From Octopus vulgaris (Eukaryota), in NCBI GenBank assembly GCA_951406725.2, contig OX597829.1, positions 2,232,001-2,296,000 of the forward strand: a stretch of 64,000 nt of DNA. Direction: 5' to 3'. Of this stretch, positions 54,983 through 64,000 are shown one piece after another (position 1 is the first letter of the stretch; every line of letters begins with the position of its first letter). Position numbers and translations under genes: made by a program. The notes beneath the pieces are model-generated. The model made no database searches. It saw nothing but the letters and a program-made list of their open reading frames with translations, and was not told the origin of the DNA.

Positions 54983-56984
54983 AGAATCTGGGAATAGACT
55001 GTGTGTCATTACTGGAACACTGTGGTGACAGTGGTGGTGGTAGTGGTGGTGTGATAGTGGTGGTGGTAGTGGTGGTGTGATAGTGGTGGTGGTAGTGGTG
55101 GTGTGATAGTGGTGGTTGTGGTAGTGTTGGTGGTTGTGGTTGTTGTTGATGGTGGTGGTGGTCTTGATGGTGATAGGTTCTTAGTGCGATGACAACTATA
55201 GGATGCATTAATCCTTTGGATATTAGCCCAGCTGAGAATTTCACTTTTCTGATACATGCTTCATATTTTAAAGTGAACTAAATTAAAACCTTACAAAATG
55301 TCAAGTTACTTTAAGATCCAAGCACCTGCTCAATAATGGCAGTTACTTTATAAAATTCTTCATTATTTTCAAAATTAATTGAAATAAATGCAGGGAATTT
55401 TATCGAAAATGGTAATAATATAGTTAAAGTGATTTAAATTAAAAGACTTCCATGAAAATTCCATGTTATTTTAAGTTCCTAACACCTGCTTAATAATGAA
55501 CGAGTAACTATTCTAAATTCTTTATTACTTTCTAAATCAATTGAAACAAAGGCATAAAAACGGTAATGAAAGGGATAACAAGGATGAATGTAAGTGATTC
55601 AGAACACAAGAGAGAGGAAAAGCAATGTTTTAAGGCACTGAGAAATGGATGCAAAAATCCATACTGGAACTGAAGTACAAGAACAAATGCTTGGAACAAT
55701 GTAAAACTTTATGTGGATAAAAATTTTGAATCAAACACTGTGATAGAATTCCCAAAAGCATTGGCTCCTTTGCGAGCAAATACAGTAAACTTGCAGAAAG
55801 ATAATAGAAAAAAAATGAGGCACGATAATATCGTATATACAAGTATAGAGGTGTGATTACAAAGTTTATTTCCCAATTACTTGGTTTCAAGTTCATTCCT
55901 ACTGCATGGCACCTTGGGTGTTAACCAGTAAGACTGAAAGTGTCTCCTACTATATCCCCAACCCAAACAAAAGCCTTCGCTGGATTTGAAAGACAGAAAC
56001 AAAATGTGTGTGTGTGCGTGTGTGTGCATGCGTGTGTGTGTGTGTGTGTGTGCATTTGCATATGTGAATGTCACTGTTTATGCATGTAGCATCATTTATT
56101 TTCAATCTTCCATCGAAATATGTTTGGCTACATGTTTACTGAAGGTCCCTGATGACTTTCTAATGCCAGTTCATTGTGGGGTGGCTCAAAAGCTGTTGTC
56201 TGTTAGGGTTTCACCTAAGCATTTGGTTGCTGAGTCTGTTCATCACAAATATGGCGAAATATTACCATACTTGAAATCAGGTGAAAGTTGGTGACAGGAA
56301 GGGCATCCAACTATAGAAAAGTTGCTTCAACGAATTCTCTTTGAACCATGAAAGCACAGGGAAAGTAGACAGTAAAATGATGATGATGATAACGATGTTT
56401 ATTGGAAAGTAAAAAAATTAATTTTGACCTATTTAATTTGGTATGTAATACAAATAGTGACAAAATACAGTGATAAAAAAAAAATGAGGTGAGTTCTAGG
56501 ATTTCAATTCTGAATGTGATCAAATGACTCAGGCAATAAGACCAGGCATTGTTATTGCCAACAGAGCAGAAAGAAATTTGGAAATCAATAAACGTATTAA
56601 CTCCAGTTGACAACAGAAAAGACAGAAAAATACCAAGGCTTGAGAAGAAAGGTTTGAAAGGATGTGGAGAGAGAAAAAAAAATGAAATTGTGCCATTGGT
56701 AATGCATAATCTTGTTGTAATGACAAAGAAATATTAAATTGAGATTGAAATATCAAACTAACAGAAAAACCAAATTAACAGGAATGGTGTGGCTTCTCAA
56801 AGTAGAGCATGGTCATTGAGCTGATGAAAGGATTCCAATGGACTCATAGTTATTAGTTACTACTTGCTTGATAGATTGCAAAATCTATATGCATCATTGT
56901 TTAACATCCATTTTTCAATACCTGCATGAGTTAGATGGAATTTACTGAGGTAAATTTTCTATAGTTGGTTACTCTTCCCATCAC

Positions 56985-57345
56985 CAACATTCCAAAAAAG
57001 ATATTTCCCTAAGATTTCAAATGGAATGACTTTATCAGCAATGAGATGGTCAGAAGGAAAGCAGACCAATGCCCAGTGTCCATCACTATTGGCAAATGCT
57101 ATCTGAGTTGACAAGAACATATGATGAGACTTGTGATGAACAGATTCACCAACCAAATGCTTAGGTGAAACCCTAACAGACAGCAGCTTTTGAGCCACCC
57201 CACAATGAACTGGCATTAGACAGTCATCAGGGACCTCAGCAAATTTATGATGAAATGATGCACTGAGGGTAGCAGCTGACCAATCTTTGCTGAAGTACTT
57301 TGATTGCCTCATGCACCACCCAGCATGGGAGTGCCAAAATCTCAG
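56985..57345 (+). pseudogene. Old RTE LINE 3' fragment; inverted 110-bp partial copy at 56137-56248
   Basis: FISNEMVRRKADQCPVS...EHMMRL...QMLR*NP..HPTMNWH*TVIRDL matches the RTE C-terminal pattern. Confidence 0.75.
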
Positions 57346-58015
57346 CCAAAAAAAATGTTCCCATGAAGGAGTAGGAACAAATGACACTACATGTGTGATA
57401 GCAACACAAGTCTCATGTGGTGTCAAGATAAGGAGACACATATACACACAACAGATAAACCCCGAGGGCTGAATGTAAAACAAAAAGGGACAATACAACA
57501 CAAGGGACAACTAAGACTTAGCACAAAACTTTGTCTATAAAATTGAAACAAGAACAGTTAACAATAAAATTCCCTAAAAGTGGGGGAGATTTACCCACAG
57601 ACAATCAAGGAAGCCCATATATGCTGGTTACCCCTACAACCAGGGACTTTTCTCCTTCTATGATAATAATTTAAAGAACCTATGATAGCAATGTAGTTTC
57701 TGAAAACCACCATCAAACAGAAGGGTCTGATATGTATGACCCGGTACATAGATACTGTAGGGTTCTTTTTTACAATACTTATCATATCATGTGGTTCTTA
57801 TTGCTTACTTTAGCTTCATGAAGAGTTACTTGGATCTTCATAAATTATTATTATTAAGACGGTGAGCTAGCAGAGTCCTTAGTACACCAGACAAAATGCT
57901 TAGTGGCATTTTGCCTGTTGTTACATTCCAAGTTCAAATTCTGCTGAGGCAACTTTGCCTTGCATCCTTTTTGGGTGGATAAATTAAATACCAGTGAATA
58001 TATAGCTATATACTT

Positions 58016-58049
<34 letters not shown>

Positions 58050-58061
<12 letters not shown>

Positions 58062-58395
58062 AGCAAAACGTCTGTGTGTGTGTCCTTTATACAAATCCAC
58101 AATTTCTCAGTTAGAGGGCTCGCACTTTCTATGGTCATTCAAAAACTGTCCAAGGGTGGTCGTGCACTTCTTTACATTTCCCCAGTCACCCTGCAAAGCC
58201 ATTAAAAATCAAAAGAAGTGACTTTTTTGTGAATTTTCTATCCAAAACGCAATCAAAATGCCCGAAACTTGATACGCCAATTGAATGCCAGCTAGCTGTA
58301 TGTGATTGGTCAGAGATTTGGACAGTACTCGTGTGTATGTGCACATGCATGCAGCTGTATATGCATGCACTAGCGTTGCTGGGTCATAGTGCTAG
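58050..58395 (+). mobile_element. Non-autonomous Helitron
   Basis: 3' end gggtcatagtgCTAG shared with 36950-36965; embedded in (AT)n. Confidence 0.65.
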
Positions 58396-59684
58396 AATAT
58401 ATATATATATATATATATGATATATAATATCACTATTGTACTTGAAGCTTTAATGTTGGAGCAAAGAGCTACGATGCATTTATGTATACTTTATTAAAAA
58501 GCTGCAAAAATATTTATGCTGCTTTTTAATAAAGCATAGTACTCTACCTCTGGTATTTGAGTACTACCTTGTTTCACATTTACGTGCTTATTCTGGTTAA
58601 GGTACACGCACATATAGAAAATGTGATGTCATTGTATAACATGTTTATGATAGTTGATTTATGGAAGAGATTATTATGTTAAATTTTTGAAATGCAAATA
58701 TGTGAATGGAAATTATGTATAATTTGTAGCCGAAATAGTACTGAATCTTTTGATACCCTATATGTCAAAATCTGTAACTTGGTTTTGGAATGCATATGTA
58801 TATATATATATATATAGGACAGACTTCTTTCAAACTGAAAGTTTTATCTCATACTGAAACAGTGTAAGATATATGAGATTGCTCTGGGGTCACATTAGGC
58901 AAGAAGTTGGAAATGATTTTGTCCCATGACACTGCATGGACCTTGGCTTTTGTATTTGACGACTGTTATTTTAAGTATTTTATTTCAATTTTATGCATAT
59001 ATGAGCCAATGAGGGAGACCTCAACATGGTAGCTAGACTTGGTAGAAATAGCAGGCAAATCTCCCTCAAAACACCCTACTGTCTTAATCCGACAATTCTG
59101 CCTATTATGTAATTTGAATGAGAAACTGTAACTAAAGATTATCAACCCCAAAATTTTACGCGTTTTAATAGCAATCAATTTTTTTCTTTTTTGCGTAACT
59201 CTTCATGTCAGCTGTAAAGGCAAAGAGGGTTAACTTGGATGATGTTAAGTAGTGGAGATGTTTGGTGATTGTATGTGGTGGTTACTTTTGACCGTTTCTT
59301 CTCAATAAGGAAAATTGATTGATAATGAATCTTAACACAATATAAATACAACTTCAACTGGAATTGGACATCATAAGAGAGACAGAATAGCGACAGTTTT
59401 GGCTGACTGTCTTCCTGTACTCCCCTTGTTGCTAGCGAAATGGTATGTGCCAGCTGTCTGAGCAACTTGTTATTTTAATGGGGAATAAACAGGACAAAAA
59501 GATTACAAAAATAGCGATTCTCACCTTGAAACTAACTATTTAGAATGCCCTGCTCTCTCATGTATCCATGCTTAAAATTTCAGCACTATCGGATGAACAA
59601 TACTCAAGTTATAAGCACACAAACAGACAGACAGATAAAGCGGATTTTAAATACTAAGATATAATATATATATATATATACATA

Positions 59685-60205
59685 TATCGTGAAGTATATT
59701 TGCCACTTAAATGTGGCTAACCCCTAAGAGTGGATGTTACTGTAGCTTGTAGCCTCAGGAGGACACCTCCTCCAGCTGGCTATTGAGACACTTTCTGTGC
59801 CCTATCAGTATTTGAAAAGGGAAGCCATCCTTCCCGTCTTCAACCTATGATACACATGGGCTCAAGTTTCTGGGTATTGATCCGTCAACAGCGTGTGACA
59901 ATCATATTTGTCAATGAAAAGTAGGTTCCCTTTGCAAATATATATCCTTTTTCCAGTGATGAAAACCCAATGATATTGAAAAAGTGTAAACAAGCAAGAA
60001 TAATTCTCTGAGCGAGGTATAAACAGTAGCTGCAACACATCATGAAGTATATTTGCCATTTAAATGTGGCTAACCCCTAAGGGTGGATGCTACTGTAGCT
60101 TATAGCCCCAGGAGGATACCTCCTCCAGCTGGCTATTGACACACTTTCTGTGCCGATGGGAAGGATGGCTTCCCTTTGCAAATACTGATAGGGCACAGAA
60201 AGTGT
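59685..60205 (-). mobile_element. Penelope-like pLTR remnant with direct and inverted duplications
   Basis: ~115-bp direct repeat (59688-59801 / 60042-60154), inverted copy of ~59790-59835 at ~60157-60204, hammerhead-like motif between them. Confidence 0.55.
59853..59897 (-). ncRNA. Degenerate hammerhead-like motif (CUGUUGA core)
   Basis: Minus strand reads CACACG-CTGTTGA-CGGATCAATACCCA-GAAA-CTTGAG-CC-CATGTG. Cleavage-site U lost. Confidence 0.5.
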
Positions 60206-60219
60206 ATGTATATATATAT

Positions 60220-60590
60220 ATGAGGGGTGTATGAAAAGTTTTGAGCCAAACCTGGAAACAGGGCTGCTAGGTAGCTGAAACAATTTTTTCTGGTAAGTAC
60301 AGTCTTTTCAGAGTATTCTTGTTCATTTTTTTTTTTTTCTTGCAGATTTTTGAATAAACAAGTGTTGAAGTTACAAGGAAAATGGAGAAAACCGAGTAAC
60401 ATGCTGTCATAAAGTACCTTAATTTGAAAGGCATGACTCTATCAGAAATCCATGAAGATATTGGTAAGAACCTCAACAGACAATGGTCCTTCATATGCAA
60501 CAGTCAAACGCTAGGTAAATGAATTCAAGTGTGGCAGTGAGAGTGTGGAAAACAATCCCAGACTAGGGAGACCTCAACCTGCAACCATCT
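60220..60590 (+). pseudogene. Mariner 5' fragment
   Basis: TA-TGAGGGGTGT TIR start; MEKTE*HAVIKYLNLKG...PSYATVKR*VNEFKCG...PRLGRP. Confidence 0.85.
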
Positions 60591-61055
60591 TAGGGCTTTA
60601 ATAACATGCTGCGAATAACACACCACTCAACAAAATACCTGAGATAGCTGCTGGACGCAGTTTTTCACAAAAAAAAAAAAAAAAACCCTACAAAATCTTC
60701 CTTTCATCTAATATGCACATATCACCAATGGGAGATTGAGCAGAGATTAAAAATAATCCTGGTTTTGAAAAATTTAATTTGTATTACCATTAGATACAGT
60801 AATCTATACTATAATAATAATGAGAGAGAGAGAGAGAGAGAGAGCAGCAAGTAACCTAATTTCAATGAGGCTATATTGGCTAACGACCTTAAAAATTATC
60901 CTGTTGAAATAGACAATGTGTATGATCAAATGTAGCAATGATTTTTTAAAAAAAGCCCTGGTATAAAATTAACTTTCAATCTTGTGGTGTATATACCTTT
61001 CATCTGTCATCGTTAGCCCAAGTAATACTGGTGCAATACACTATGTGTGCATGCA

Positions 61056-61094
<39 letters not shown>

Positions 61095-61261
61095 CATAAG
61101 GGACATTAGCCAACTGAATATGGCTAGGGACAGGGGAGGGTGGTGGGGGTGTCACTGTTGCATTTAGCCCCAGGCGAACATCAACGTCACCAGATAGGCC
61201 GACGCCATCACGGCGTCCTCTATCTTGCAAAGGGAGATCATTCCCCAAGAAGCGGATGCCA

Positions 61262-61307
61262 CATACGGACCTAGGTTTCAAGGTGTATTGCCTATTATCA
61301 ACGTATG
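61262..61307 (-). ncRNA. Type I hammerhead ribozyme motif, U3:A8 core variant
   Basis: Minus strand reads CATACG-TTGATAA-TAGG CAATACA CCTT-GAAA-CCTAGG-TC-CGTATG. Perfect 6-bp stem I, palindromic stem III, GUC site. Confidence 0.75.
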
Positions 61308-61343
61308 GTAGGCACCGCTTCTCGACGAACAACTTACCGTGCA

Positions 61344-61392
<49 letters not shown>

Positions 61393-61549
61393 TAGATAGA
61401 TAGATAGATATATTTTCATTTAGAGATAGTATAAAAGAATTTTAATTTAATTTAATACTTTCTACTTACATACGAAGACATTGATGTGCCATTTTCTATC
61501 ATTAAGAAAACTGCCAGCCTTTTTGACAACATAAACATGCTAGTAATAA

Positions 61550-62008
61550 TCCTTTCTACTTTAGGCACAAGGGGACTAATCGATTACATTGACCCCAGTG
61601 TTTTACTGGTACTTAATTTATCAATCCTGAAAAGATGAAAGGCAAAGTTGACCTTGGCAGAATTTGAACTCAGAATGCAGAGGAAGACGAAATACAACTA
61701 AGCATTTTGTCCAGTGCACTAATGATTCTGCCAGCTCGCCACCTTAAGTATAATAATAATAATAATAATAATAATCTTTTCTACTATAGGCACAAGGCCT
61801 GGATTTTGTGGGGAGGGGGATAATCGATCACATCGACCCCAGTACTCAACTGGTACTTGATTTATCGACCTCAAAAGGATGAAAGGCAAAGTCGACCTCG
61901 GTGGAATTTGAACTCAGAACATAGCAGCAGACGAAAAACTGCTAAGCATTTCGTCCAGCATGCTAACGATTCTGCCAGCTCGCCGCCTTCTAATAATAAT
62001 AATAATAA

Positions 62009-62059
<51 letters not shown>

Positions 62060-62265
62060 TCTTTTTACTATAAGCACAGGACTGAAATTTGGGATGAGTG
62101 CTTTAGTCAATTACAGTGACCGCAGTGCTCAACTGGTACTGATTTTAATGACTCTGAAAGAATGAAAGGCAAAATCCACCTTGATGGAACTCGAATGTAA
62201 GAATGGACAAAATGCCACTAAGCATTTTCCTAGCCTGCTAACCAATTCTGCCATCTCATCACCAT
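61550..62265 (-). mobile_element. Three tandem family B-related SINEs separated by (TAA)n
   Basis: gatgaaaggcaaagt core repeated three times (61550-61745, 61775-61990, 62060-62265). Confidence 0.85.
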
Positions 62266-63172
62266 AATAATAATATTAATACATTTTATATGATGTATTG
62301 GTAACAAATATAAAAGAACGGAAACAAAACAATCTGTTCACACTTCCGCTATAAAGAATTATTGAACATTATTATGGTGTTTATCATAAAACATGTATAT
62401 ATACTGACAGTGTGTATGTGTGTGTGTGTGTGTGTGCACATGTATATGTGAGCATGCATGAGTGTATGTGTACAGTTGCATGTGCACACCTCTATGTGCA
62501 TATGGATGTGTGTGTGTGTGTGTGTATGCGAGCATTTGTGTACATATATTTATCTGTGAATATATAAATATGTATGTATCTGCGAGCATGCATGTGTGTA
62601 TGTGTACAGCTGCATGTGCATATGCATATGTGTGTGTGTGTGTGTCTGTGTGTGTCCCCTTTTGTTTTATACTGTCAAGAAGCAAAATAGCAGTAGCAGC
62701 AGTTAAAACAACTTCCAGCAAGTAAACATGGAGATCAATCATACAATAACAACATTAAGAAAAACAACAACTACAAAAAGCCAACAGCAAAACCACCATG
62801 ACCATCACCATCAACAACAAAGCTAGTCCTTTTATTCTGATACAAAAACTAAAAAAGTAAATAAAGAAAAGAAAAGAAAAAGGACTAAAACAAAGGAGAA
62901 AGAATAAACAAATTAGGGTTCCACCCCCTTCCACAGCATAAATGGTTTACATGCATAGCATCAATGAACCATTTAAACAGCCTGAACATTCCGGAATACT
63001 CTCACACACACACACACACACAGCATTAACTGCAACCAGATTCCCCACCTTCTCGACACAGGAGACTTTAGCATTAAATGTAAACATCTGATAAATTTTC
63101 AAGAGAACCAACAAAGGGAATATTATTGATTTTCATATATATACATATACATACATACATTTATATATATAT

Positions 63173-63225
<53 letters not shown>

Positions 63226-63234
63226 ATATATTTA

Positions 63235-63281
<47 letters not shown>

Positions 63282-63284
63282 ATA

Positions 63285-63330
<46 letters not shown>

Positions 63331-63849
63331 TTGTATACATATGCATTGTGTGTATGTATGTGAGAACATATATTTTTGTTATTTTTCATCATCAAAAGAA
63401 AGTTACAATACTGACTCAAGGTTTGAGTGTTTCCAGCATGGCACTTACATACATACATATGTACATACATAAATACACATGTGCATGCACATGCACACAC
63501 ACATACACACACGATTTGAAATTGCCACAAGCTTACGGTCTTATTTGGTGACAGCCTATCTCAGTTTAAGCGGTGTTTAAACAAAAACTGAGAATAAAAG
63601 CTTAACCCAGGAATGGAATTCCGGTTTGTAGCAGAATTAAAGTTCAGCTAACTGGATGTTCATTTTTGGGGATGAGTGGATTGAAAGAAAACAAAAGGAA
63701 GTGTTCTTGTTAAAAGACATAAATCCATGCAGACTGACCTGAGAATTGAACTTAATTATCATGGATCCAAAAACCAAACCAATAGACCATTCCACTTCCC
63801 TATGCATAGACATCTTTATGCACAAACACACACACATCATCATTATTGA

Positions 63850-64000
63850 ATGACATCGGGGCACAAATATTTGAAGCCCCTATCATGTCTACCCATCTGA
63901 TAAGGATACACCAGTCACATGCATCACAACCATATATGCACAACATGGTGATCTCATATCAAGATTAACTGTGCATGATCTTGCACATGGGGCCCGGTTA
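63850..64000 (-). mobile_element. Family F repeat (truncated by window edge)
   Basis: Homologous to 22310-22470. Confidence 0.7.

Noticed and set aside
58489-58534. AT-rich hairpin ctttattaaaaagc...gctttttaataaag (also 26171-26194)
   Set aside because: Probably small inversions in repeat remnants; no evidence for an independent RNA or terminator.

Overview
Eukaryotic, AT-rich, extremely repeat-dense genomic DNA. The SINE/LINE families and (AT)n/(CA)n microsatellite load look like an octopus genome (inferred from repeat recognition, not verified). The only host coding sequence I can support is one 189-nt minus-strand exon (47285-47473) of a polypeptide N-acetylgalactosaminyltransferase (GALNT10/pgant6-like), so the window is probably mostly intronic. 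The rest is tRNA-derived SINEs of four families, RTE and R4/Dong-type LINE remnants, mariner pseudogenes, hAT and piggyBac MITEs, non-autonomous Helitrons and microsatellites. Nearly all listed ORFs are microsatellite artefacts. The most interesting signal is invisible to the ORF track: about a dozen sequence-diverse minimal type I hammerhead-ribozyme folds (nine near-complete, plus halves and one decayed copy). Most have palindromic stem III and sit in short modules next to (TA)n tracts. Several are associated with inverted duplications, including a ~4.2-kb nested fold-back with a hammerhead at each end. Variants include a covarying U3:A8 core and a recurrent U-U pair closing stem II. This fits a population of Penelope-like or retrozyme-like self-cleaving elements. 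Hammerheads in Penelope elements are known in general; the activity and novelty of these particular copies are untested. Repeat borders are approximate unless TSDs or TIRs are quoted.
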